The notes under the pieces are model-generated. The model made no database searches and was not told the origin of the DNA. It saw only the letters and a list, made by a program, of their open reading frames with translations. From Dehalococcoidia bacterium (GTDB lineage: Bacteria; Chloroflexota; Dehalococcoidia; Lucifugimonadales; GCA-2712585), in the NCBI GenBank assembly GCA_965238215.1, contig OZ250180.1, positions 1,189,524-1,253,523 of the forward strand: 64,000 nucleotides of DNA. Direction: 5' to 3'. Positions 38,539 to 47,132 of the stretch are shown here, in pieces. Position 1 is the first letter of the stretch. Each line of letters begins with the position of its first letter. The position numbers and the translations under genes are program-made.

Positions 38539-39332
38539 TGGACCTTCAGCTTACGGACAAGACTGCCCTGGTAACCGGAGGCACGCGCGGGATAGGCCTG
38601 GCCACGGCCCGCCTGTTTGCTCAGGAGGGATGCCACCTTGGAATCTGCGGGCGTGACGAGGAGCAGCTAACCGCAGTCCAACAAGAACTGCGCGCCATGG
38701 GCGTGAGGGTGGCGGCGGTCACGGCCGACGTTACGAAACCTGAAGACGCGGCGCGGTTCGTGGAGAAGTGCGCTGACGAGCTCGGCGGCATTGACGTGCT
38801 GGTGAACAACGTTGGCGGCGCCGCCGGCGGCGCGACGATTTTCGACACTACAGATGAGGACTGGCATCGGACCTTCGACCTCACTCTTCTTCATGGCGTC
38901 CGGCTCACTCAGCTGGTCGCGCCCCACATGAAGAGTCGCGGGGGCGGATCTATCGTCAACGTCTCGTCGATCTCCGGCTGGTCGCCGCAGCTGATGGGCA
39001 CGGCCCAATACGGGGCGGCCAAGGCCGCCATCATATTCCTTACTGAGCGGCTGGCGCTGGAGATGCTAAAGTTCAACGTTCGCGTCAACACGGTTTCCCC
39101 AGGGTCCATCCAGCGCACGCGGGGATGGGATACTTTCAAAGAGACGAACCCGGCGGGCTTCGAACAGTACGTGCGGGAAGGGTTCCCGATGGGACGGCTG
39201 GGCAACCCCGAGGAGTTGGCAGACGTAATCGTCTTCATGTCATCGCCGAGGGCCAACTGGATCAACGGTCGGAACATACCCGTCGACGGACTGGAGCAAC
39301 CCACGGGGGTCGAGGAGCGTCGGCCCTGGTAA
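38538..39332 (+). CDS. SDR-family oxidoreductase
   Basis: TALVTGGTRGIGLA, NNVG, YGAAKAA catalytic motif. The ATG overlaps the upstream stop (ATGA). Confidence 0.88.
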   Translation: MDLQLTDKTALVTGGTRGIGLATARLFAQEGCHLGICGRDEEQLTAVQQELRAMGVRVAAVTADVTKPEDAARFVEKCADELGGIDVLVNNVGGAAGGATIFDTTDEDWHRTFDLTLLHGVRLTQLVAPHMKSRGGGSIVNVSSISGWSPQLMGTAQYGAAKAAIIFLTERLALEMLKFNVRVNTVSPGSIQRTRGWDTFKETNPAGFEQYVREGFPMGRLGNPEELADVIVFMSSPRANWINGRNIPVDGLEQPTGVEERRPW

Positions 39333-39457
39333 AAGGGAGCCAGCGTCCGATTGGCGGCAGATGCGGTTGCCAAGAAACCAGTGTCGGACGTAGAATTTAC
39401 CCGCACACTCGGACAGGCGGCTCCGAATTTCAAGACGGCAACAGATAGGAGGACGAG

Positions 39458-40039
39458 ATGGCGAACGGCAGCGTTGCAACGGATAACAGGTTTAGCAAGG
39501 CCTTTGGAACCCCCAGCCACAGGGCGACGGGAAAGGTCGTAAACGTGATGACTGAGGTGGTGAAGGAGTTCATAGCCAACTCGCCCTTCATTATGATGGC
39601 CACCAGCAGCGGGGACGGGGCCTGCGACGCCTCCCCCAAGGGCGGCAAGCCGGGCTTCGTCCACATTCTCGACGACAGGCACATCATCATCCCGGACGTG
39701 GCGGGCAACAGGCTCTTCCAAAGCTACCTGAATATGTCGGAAAACCCGCAGGTGGGGCTGCTGTTCCTGATTCCCGGCTCCAACGACACGGTGAGGGTCA
39801 ACGGACGCGTGACGATTCTCGCCAAGGAGGAGTTGGACCGTATGAAGGTGGAGCTGTCGCTCAACAACCCGGACGACAATTCGAAGAAGCTTCAGGGCAT
39901 TCTGGTAGAGGTGGACGAAGCGTATACCCACTGTCCGCGCGCCCTGAAGTTTGCCGAGCTTTGGAACCCAGACTCCCATAACAGCGTGACTTTCCACAAC
40001 CGAGACCTGCAATCCAAGGCGCGGAACAGAAACAGGTAG
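39458..40039 (+). CDS. Pyridoxamine 5'-phosphate oxidase family FMN-binding protein
   Basis: SPFIMMATSSGDGACDASPKGG...GNRLFQSYLNMSENPQVGLLFLIPG...VRVNGR pattern. RBS AGGAGG. Confidence 0.75.
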   Translation: MANGSVATDNRFSKAFGTPSHRATGKVVNVMTEVVKEFIANSPFIMMATSSGDGACDASPKGGKPGFVHILDDRHIIIPDVAGNRLFQSYLNMSENPQVGLLFLIPGSNDTVRVNGRVTILAKEELDRMKVELSLNNPDDNSKKLQGILVEVDEAYTHCPRALKFAELWNPDSHNSVTFHNRDLQSKARNRNR

Positions 40040-40191
40040 TCGCCCAGGAATAACGGCGGCGAACCAGCGTATCTAGCGGTCGGGGAATTACGGCTTGTCG
40101 CAGGACGAACAGGGCGGCGAGCCTGAGCATCGAGGGGCTGGGAAACGGTGGCTTGCCGGAGACCAACAGGGTCGCTAAGCCTGAATATCGA

Positions 40192-40264
40192 GGGGCTGTA
40201 GCTCAGTCGGGAGAGCGCCTGCTTTGCAAGCAGGAAGTCAGGGGTTCGAATCCCCTCAGCTCCA
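40192..40264 (+). tRNA. tRNA-Ala (anticodon TGC)
   Basis: Cloverleaf: acceptor GGGGCTG/CAGCTCC with the G3:U70 Ala identity pair, D-arm GCTCAGTCGGGAGAGC, anticodon loop cTTTGCAa, T-arm GGGGTTCGAATCCCC. CCA is not encoded. Confidence 0.95.
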
Positions 40265-40345
40265 CTTTTACGCCTATGACCATCCAGGATCCTAACCCTT
40301 CATTGTGAATTAACCCGGTGTGCTCCGGTTCTTAGCGGGGTCGTT

Positions 40346-43300
40346 TCAGGTGGTTGCACGCTGCTTCCTACTGCGTCGATAGGCATATACGCCCGCAGCC
40401 ACTACGCCTACGACGAGCACCACAATAAGGATGATCAGCCAAAGCGGCATACCTCCTCGATCTTCCGTTGGGGGCATTTCGGGTTCGACGACTCGCGTGA
40501 CGTCTGGCGTGGGGGTAGATGCCGATGTAACGGCAGCCGTTGGTTCCACAGTTGGAGTTTCGGAGGGCGTGGGGGCGGGTGTCGGCTCCGGGGTGGGTAC
40601 GGGGGTGGATACGGGGGTCGGTACCGGTGTAGGTACGGGGGTGGGTATAGGTGTTGGCACAACTGTTGGCTGAGCGATAGGTGCGGGCGTGGGGGGAGGT
40701 CCAGGCGTAGGTGCAGGTGCAGGTGTAGGTGTAGTAAACCCGGGTATAGGAGTAGACGTGGGGATAGATCTAGGCGAAGTTGTGGCGATAAGCTCACGCG
40801 TAGGCATGGGCGTAGGGTCCGGCGTTGGCTCAGGCGTGGGTGTGGGTGTGGGTGTGGGCGTAGGTTCCGGCGGCGGGGGGCTAACGACGGAAACTTCGAC
40901 GGCGGCGGTTGCGCTCAACCCCGAGGGATCGGCGGCGGTTGCGACGAACGATGCTGTTCCTACTTCCAATGGAGTGATGGACAGTGTACTTTCCTCCACC
41001 GCGGCCGACGCTGATACGACGTCTTCGGCGCTATCCACCGTGAAAGTTAGGGTATCTCCGTCAGGGTCAGTGAAGAATTCGGTCAGGTCCAGGGTGGTGG
41101 GTGGATCACCGACAGTCAGCTGGCCGAGGGCGATTGGTATGCTTACAGGCCCTTCGTTGACGCCAGTCACGGTTGCAACAACCTGGAGTTCTTGGGACAC
41201 TGGCTTCTTGGCGTCATCGGTTGCGACGACGGTAAGGGAGTAGATGTTGGATCCAGCGGCGCTCCCCATAGCCTCGAAGTCCAAAGGTTCGTTCAAAGAA
41301 AGAGTTCCGGCTTCGTCTATCAGGAACAATGCCCCGTCCGCACCGGAAAGGGACCACTGCACGGTGTCCTCCTCCGGGTCTACTGCGGTGTACTGGCCGA
41401 GGGTTCCAGTATGGTTCTCTTCTATCGAGATCTCTGCCTCACCCATGACCGGACCCAATTCGTTAACCGGCTTGATCTCAATCTGAATGTTGTGACGATC
41501 GGACCGTGGAGATGAGCCGCTATCAAAGGCAAGGAGGCGAATCTCGTAGGTGTTGTTCAAGCGGAAGTCCACTGGATTTTCGTAGTCCGGTGGAGTCTTG
41601 AAACTGAGGACTCCATCCTCTGAGATGCGGAAGTGCTCTGCGTCCGAGTCTTCAATCTCCCACCTAATCTCGGTTTCCTCGGGGTCTTCGGCCTCGTAGG
41701 TGGCTACAGGTTCAGTGCTGTGCTCCGGGTATTGTATGTTCTTGGGCCCTTTGATTACAGGCGCACGGTTGGAACTTCCTCCGCCTCCGCCTCCGCCTCC
41801 GCCTGTGCTGGGCCGTGGGGTCGGTTGGGGCGGTCGTGGCCTCGAGATGGTCGTGGTGAAGTCGGCCACCTCGCTCTGCGCCGGGTCGCGCAGCCTGTCC
41901 GTAGCCGGCTGGGTATATTCAACCGTAACGCTGGAACCGGCGGCCACGACCTGGTTAAGCGTTAAGGTCACCGTGTCGTTACTTATTACAACCGTGCTGC
42001 CGGTTGCCAGGTTGGCTGCCCCGCTGACCATGAAGGCGCTGATATCCGGTACCGAGCCGTCGTCCAGAGACTCGCTGAAGGTGATGACCAGAGAGGCGCC
42101 GGAAATCCTCCCCGACCTGACCGTCGGCGCGGGGTCGTGGCTCAGGTAGACGTGGCGCGTGATATAGGTTGTCCAGTCCTCGGTGGAGGCCCACACATAG
42201 TTGTTGCCCATCATCCGGAACGTCCCGTCACGCAACGGATAGGCCTCGTCGCAGACGTGCAGCGTCAGCTGATTCTTGTCCGGATCGGTCAGTTTCGTGT
42301 TCAGGCCAAAGATCAGCTTGTCGGCGTCGGTTCCCGTGGTCGCCCGGTAGATGGAGTCGATCACGTACGGGTTGGAACCAGCGGTGAAATTCCTGGTGCT
42401 AATATCGCTGCCTTGAATGCCGTACCGGTTTGGTGTCGGCTCAGCGTGGTCGATATCCTGCAACTCCATCTGTTCGGACCAGATCTGCTCGGCGCCTCCC
42501 ACGTAGTTCGGGGCGGTGCAGGTCGCAGCCGGCAGGATCGTCCCTGTCTCGGGGAACAACGCGCTGACGAACTCCTCCTCATTGTAGCGGTCGTCCCGCC
42601 AGTGCACCCTGACCTTGAGCTGCGATCCCACGTCGGCAGCAGTCAGGATGTAATGGCTATCCTGTTTGCCCTTATCGTCCGTGCCCGCGATGACCGTCTC
42701 CATGCCGTTCTTTACCCGGATCCACTCCCACTGGAAGGTGAAGCGGTCGTCGCCTTCGTTGGCTATGTCGGTGAAGTCATCGTCGACAATCGTCTGTCGT
42801 CCCCCCACGTTTAACCACCATCCAGTCTCCACGTAGCCACTCTCGTTCGCTGCGGGCACACGTGGAGCCGTAACATATGGCCGACGGGTGATGATGCCGC
42901 TCTCCGAATCTTTCACAACCATGGCGGGAAAGTTGGCTTGCGGTGTGGCCATCTCCATTTGGGCTATTCCATCGCCCTCGCCGTTCACTGCCCGAACCTC
43001 GAAGGCGTATTCGGTGCCGTTGACAAGGGGGTCGCTGTTCGCCAGTTCGGTCACAACGTCGAATATTTCAATAGTCCCGCCCGAATAGCCCGTGAATTGC
43101 GGAATCTCGGTCCAGGTGGTAGGAAAGTCGGTGTCCGTAGGGGCCTTGGTCCTGTACTCGTAGCGGATGATGAGCGAGCCGCCGTCGGTGTCTGGCTCCT
43201 TGATGTGCAGCGAGACCTTCTGGTCTCCCGGTTCGGGGGTCAAATAGGGCGCATCGGGAACAGTAACCTGGGCGTCGGCCACGCTACCGTCACCGAACAG

Positions 43301-43378
43301 CAACAGCGCGAGCACCACAACCAGGGCGAGCAGAATCGCCGACGCGCTACGCAGGTGACCAGTGAACGAGAATTTCAA
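40346..43378 (-). CDS. Large cell-surface protein (signal peptide, FN3-like and cadherin-like repeats, Pro/Thr-rich stalk, C-terminal TM anchor)
   Basis: N-terminal hydrophobic signal, PDAP...RYEYR FN3-like start, NRAPVIKGP...ISEDGVLSFKTPPDYE cadherin-like units, a G9 tract, PTPTPTPEPTP stalk, and LWLIILIVVLVVGVVAAGVYAYRRSRK at the C-terminus. Confidence 0.8.
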   Translation of the reverse strand: MKFSFTGHLRSASAILLALVVVLALLLFGDGSVADAQVTVPDAPYLTPEPGDQKVSLHIKEPDTDGGSLIIRYEYRTKAPTDTDFPTTWTEIPQFTGYSGGTIEIFDVVTELANSDPLVNGTEYAFEVRAVNGEGDGIAQMEMATPQANFPAMVVKDSESGIITRRPYVTAPRVPAANESGYVETGWWLNVGGRQTIVDDDFTDIANEGDDRFTFQWEWIRVKNGMETVIAGTDDKGKQDSHYILTAADVGSQLKVRVHWRDDRYNEEEFVSALFPETGTILPAATCTAPNYVGGAEQIWSEQMELQDIDHAEPTPNRYGIQGSDISTRNFTAGSNPYVIDSIYRATTGTDADKLIFGLNTKLTDPDKNQLTLHVCDEAYPLRDGTFRMMGNNYVWASTEDWTTYITRHVYLSHDPAPTVRSGRISGASLVITFSESLDDGSVPDISAFMVSGAANLATGSTVVISNDTVTLTLNQVVAAGSSVTVEYTQPATDRLRDPAQSEVADFTTTISRPRPPQPTPRPSTGGGGGGGGGSSNRAPVIKGPKNIQYPEHSTEPVATYEAEDPEETEIRWEIEDSDAEHFRISEDGVLSFKTPPDYENPVDFRLNNTYEIRLLAFDSGSSPRSDRHNIQIEIKPVNELGPVMGEAEISIEENHTGTLGQYTAVDPEEDTVQWSLSGADGALFLIDEAGTLSLNEPLDFEAMGSAAGSNIYSLTVVATDDAKKPVSQELQVVATVTGVNEGPVSIPIALGQLTVGDPPTTLDLTEFFTDPDGDTLTFTVDSAEDVVSASAAVEESTLSITPLEVGTASFVATAADPSGLSATAAVEVSVVSPPPPEPTPTPTPTPTPEPTPDPTPMPTRELIATTSPRSIPTSTPIPGFTTPTPAPAPTPGPPPTPAPIAQPTVVPTPIPTPVPTPVPTPVSTPVPTPEPTPAPTPSETPTVEPTAAVTSASTPTPDVTRVVEPEMPPTEDRGGMPLWLIILIVVLVVGVVAAGVYAYRRSRKQRATT

Positions 43379-43817
43379 TTCTTACCCGACGGAGCCATTA
43401 CCATGCAGTTTCCGCCTCACCTGTGCTGGCCATATCCCGCCGTGCAAATGGATCTTTCACAGTTCTGCTGACCTCCTTGACAATAAAATGGACGACGTAA
43501 TGTCGCCAAGTAGAGAGAGCCTATCATAAACCGAACACCTCCGTCCATCATTTGTGCTCATTCAGTAGATATGAGACAGAGGAGTAGGGACCAAGGTTGG
43601 GTGGCAACGTTGAAGATGAAGTGCCTGAGCACGTCCGTCCAGTGAGTGATGCAGTTGGAAGCGCCCGCAGCCGAGAAAATACCCGCCCCTGGACATGGGG
43701 GCAGGCACATGGCTATTTCGGCCATTGAGTCTCAACGCCAGAGTTCTGGCAAGTAGGACCGCCAGCCTTAGGTTCGCCCCAAGATGGTTCGTAGGGCGTT
43801 AGGCGGAGCGCCTGCCG

Positions 43818-46800
43818 CTATTCCTCTACGACCTCTTCCGACGGCTCTGTTATACGCCATCCCGATTCCACCCCCCAGCGCACGTCTGCCAGCGCCGACG
43901 CCAAATCACCCTCCGGCGGGGTATAGATTTTTCCGACCCGCAGAAACACGAGGCTGGCTTCCGGTGTTTCGCCCGTCGCCCGCTTCACCGCCTCCCTATA
44001 CAGGGCCAACTGCGACAGATAGCGGCTTGCTGACTGTTCCACGGGCCTGCCGCGAATATCGTCCGTCTTGAAATCGACGACTCGCCACGCCTGGCCGTTG
44101 CGATAGACCAGGTCAATGGTTCCGTGCACGGGCATGCCGTCCCAGTCCCAAGAGAATGGCATTTCGAAATATGACTCGGTGTCTTCCCGGCGCAGGGTTT
44201 CCGCCAAGGGGCTGCCGTCCAGCCAGTCCAGCATTGCGTCCACCTCGCCGGACAGCCGGGCCACGTCCTCCTCCGACAATCCATCGTCCAGCTGACGCGC
44301 CATCTCCTTCAGGCAGGGACGACGCCCAGAGGCAAACCACCGCTCGATGGCCTCGTGGGCCAACTGCCCCCGTGCCAGGCCCAGACCCGCTCCGTTGCGC
44401 GCGAATCCGAAGAAGCCCTCATGTCTCTCCAACGCCGTCACCGGAGTGCTTGAGCGCATGGGGACGACTGCCGGACGGCCTACCAACGGCGACGTGACTT
44501 CCTTCTCGTCGGCTTCTTCGGGCGGCGTGACAAACGGTGGTCTCCGCCTCTTTGCCATGGATTTCAAGTCGACGGGCATGGGTGGGCGAACTTCCACTCC
44601 CGGCCAAGCCCTCGATTCTGCCGCTTGCTGTGCCATAGCCATCCAGCTTTCGCCCTTCTTGGACGCGGCGCCGCTCAGGTACAGCATATCCGCAGCCCTG
44701 GTTGCAGCTACGTAGAACAGCCTCTTGTACTCCGCCGCTTCTTCGACTTTGTCCCGCTCCACCAGATAGGAGTAGAAGCCGGGTCTTCGCCGGCGATTGT
44801 CTTGGTCGACGTCGGCGCTCAGGGTTGCAGATATACCCTCTTCCCGACGCCATTGGACGTAGTTATAGGAATTGCGCCGGTTCGCGTCGCACTCTGGGAC
44901 GAAGACTACGGGAAACTCTAACCCCTTGGCCCCATGGATGGTCATCAGACGCACGGCGTCCAGATCATCAAGCGGGGCCTGACCCTCCCGGGCGCCCGAG
45001 TCCTCGAAGCGGCGGCGCAGATAGGATGCGGCCTCATCCAGGGACTGACCTCGCAGGCCGCGCAGCATACCCACGAGCTTCCGGATGTTCGCCAAGGCTT
45101 GCTCTCCTCCCGCCAGCGGGCCCCAGGAGGCCTCGAATCCCGTCCGCGCCAAGGCCTGTTCCACGACGACGTGAACCGAGGCGTAGGGAGCTTCCTTCCT
45201 CAGGTCCGTGAGCACGTCCCACGCCCTTCGGCAGAACCGCCGCGCGGTGTCGTCAACATGCGAAGGCGGATGCTTCAGGGACTCCAACATGTCTCCCTTG
45301 GGGGACTGGGACCGAAGGAGGAGCAGCGTCTGGTCGTCAAGCATGAACATGGGAGAGCGCAGCAGGCCCATGAGGGCGATGGCATCGTCGGGGGCCGCCA
45401 GCCAACGCACGATATTTATGAGGTCCAGCACTTCCTGACGGCGGAAGAAGCCCGGGCCGGACATGGTGCGATAGGACACGCCATGGTTCTCCAACGCCTG
45501 CTCAAACAGGTGCACGTTGGACAAGCGACGCAGCAGGATGGCAATGTCTGCCGGGGCGATCCTTCGCGTTTTGCCCAGCTTGGCATCCCAGACCAGCGCG
45601 GCTTCTTGGAGCAGCCGGGCCACTTCTCCAGCCACCGCGTCCGCCTCCACCCTCCGTTTCTGATATTCTGACGCTCTCTCGCCGTCCGGCGTCTTATCGG
45701 AAATGCTAATTACAACCATGCAGGGCTGGGAAGGCGCATCTCTGCCGGTGCCCTGCATGTCTTCCATGGGAGCCTCGTAGTCTTCATTCGCCCCACCCAA
45801 TACGTGGCCGAAAAGGCCGTTCAGTCCGTTCACCAGAGGATCGTGGGAGCGGAAAGAACGGGTCAGCCGGCGCAGCCCGCCGTTCTGTTCCACATCGCGC
45901 TGGAGCCGCCTAAAACTACGAACGTCCCCTCCTCGGAACCGGTAGATGGACTGCTTGGCGTCGCCGACGAAGAAGGCCTTGGGGCCTCCGGCTCCCCTAA
46001 GGAGCTGGAGCAGCTCTATCTGGGCGGGGTTGGTATCCTGGAGCTCGTCCACCATCAGATGCTTGAACCGGCGACGATATCTCTTTGCAATGTCGCTATG
46101 CTCGCGGAGGAGTTCTCGCGCCCTGATTTCCAAGTCGAGGTAGTCCAACCCACCGAGGCGGTCCTTGTAATCCTGATACCTGGCACAGGCGTCCGCGAAC
46201 AACTGCCGCAAAGCAACCAAGACCTCAAGGGCCACGCCATCGTGGTCATTCCATTGGGGGAGATGTTCAAAGTCCCTGCCCAAGTCCCGTAGGCAACCCA
46301 ACATCTTCTTCACTTCGGCAAGATTCCCACCCCAGTTTTTGGCACTCCCACCCCTAAGGTTGATCTCACCCCTGGCCTCCAACACCCGCTTCAGAAGCTC
46401 CTTCCAATGGACAGTCGAGAGATCACCCAAGAAGGCATCGAGAACCCGCCTCACCCGCTCCTTCTGAACGTCCTCGCCTGCCTCCGCATAGGCCTGCCGC
46501 AGGTAAGCAACCCACTCCTGCAACATCGGACGCGCTTCTTCCACCACCGACCGCGCCCCTTTGTCCATCAGGGAGCGAAGGCCCTCGGCCCACTGCTTGG
46601 GGGACTCGCCCGGCATGGACCGATAGGCCTGTTCCACATCGTCCCTTCGCCGCACCATCTCGGGCAGCATCTTTCTCACCTCAAAGACGCCCATTTCCTG
46701 CAAGGCCACCAGGCCGCGCCCCTCCTGAGGCAAAGCCTCTAACGATTCGGCGCACGCCCTCAGAAGATCCAAGTCCGCTTCGTCCTCAGAGAGCACCACG

Positions 46801-47132
46801 GCTGCCGGGTCCATGCCGGCCTCTACCGGGTACTCCCGGAGAATCTGGAGGCACAGCGAATGAATGGTGCCTATGACCGCCCTGTCCAACTCCTTTCGAT
46901 GGTGCTTTAGGTCATCCCTGGTCATCACCTCTCTACGCACTCGCTCGCGCATTTCCGCCGCGGCTGCGTCGGTGAAGGTCACCGCTGCAATCTCCCCGAT
47001 TCTGTGGGACTCAAGGAGCGCCAGATACCGCTCCACAAGGACCCGTGTCTTACCGGTCCCGGCTCCCGCGGTGACGACCACGTCCCGGTCTACATCCTTG
47101 ACGATGGCGTCCTGCTCTGCCGTTAGGCTCAT
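43818..47132 (-). CDS. addA: AddA-type ATP-dependent helicase/nuclease (UvrD-like helicase plus C-terminal PD-(D/E)XK nuclease)
   Basis: Walker A AGAGTGKT, DELQDTNP, and the C-terminal GTIDLVY...VVDFKTD nuclease motif. The start at 47132 overlaps the addB stop (ATGA). Alternative start at 47147. Confidence 0.88.
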   Translation of the reverse strand: MSLTAEQDAIVKDVDRDVVVTAGAGTGKTRVLVERYLALLESHRIGEIAAVTFTDAAAAEMRERVRREVMTRDDLKHHRKELDRAVIGTIHSLCLQILREYPVEAGMDPAAVVLSEDEADLDLLRACAESLEALPQEGRGLVALQEMGVFEVRKMLPEMVRRRDDVEQAYRSMPGESPKQWAEGLRSLMDKGARSVVEEARPMLQEWVAYLRQAYAEAGEDVQKERVRRVLDAFLGDLSTVHWKELLKRVLEARGEINLRGGSAKNWGGNLAEVKKMLGCLRDLGRDFEHLPQWNDHDGVALEVLVALRQLFADACARYQDYKDRLGGLDYLDLEIRARELLREHSDIAKRYRRRFKHLMVDELQDTNPAQIELLQLLRGAGGPKAFFVGDAKQSIYRFRGGDVRSFRRLQRDVEQNGGLRRLTRSFRSHDPLVNGLNGLFGHVLGGANEDYEAPMEDMQGTGRDAPSQPCMVVISISDKTPDGERASEYQKRRVEADAVAGEVARLLQEAALVWDAKLGKTRRIAPADIAILLRRLSNVHLFEQALENHGVSYRTMSGPGFFRRQEVLDLINIVRWLAAPDDAIALMGLLRSPMFMLDDQTLLLLRSQSPKGDMLESLKHPPSHVDDTARRFCRRAWDVLTDLRKEAPYASVHVVVEQALARTGFEASWGPLAGGEQALANIRKLVGMLRGLRGQSLDEAASYLRRRFEDSGAREGQAPLDDLDAVRLMTIHGAKGLEFPVVFVPECDANRRNSYNYVQWRREEGISATLSADVDQDNRRRRPGFYSYLVERDKVEEAAEYKRLFYVAATRAADMLYLSGAASKKGESWMAMAQQAAESRAWPGVEVRPPMPVDLKSMAKRRRPPFVTPPEEADEKEVTSPLVGRPAVVPMRSSTPVTALERHEGFFGFARNGAGLGLARGQLAHEAIERWFASGRRPCLKEMARQLDDGLSEEDVARLSGEVDAMLDWLDGSPLAETLRREDTESYFEMPFSWDWDGMPVHGTIDLVYRNGQAWRVVDFKTDDIRGRPVEQSASRYLSQLALYREAVKRATGETPEASLVFLRVGKIYTPPEGDLASALADVRWGVESGWRITEPSEEVVEE

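Noticed and set aside
40040-40345. Integrated genomic island at tRNA-Ala, suggested by the repeated GGGGCTG-containing segments next to a large surface-protein gene.
   Set aside because: No integrase, excisionase or phage-like genes are on either side. The duplicated segment is the 5' leader rather than the 3' end of the tRNA, and the downstream gene has normal composition. I kept this only as a low-interest observation.
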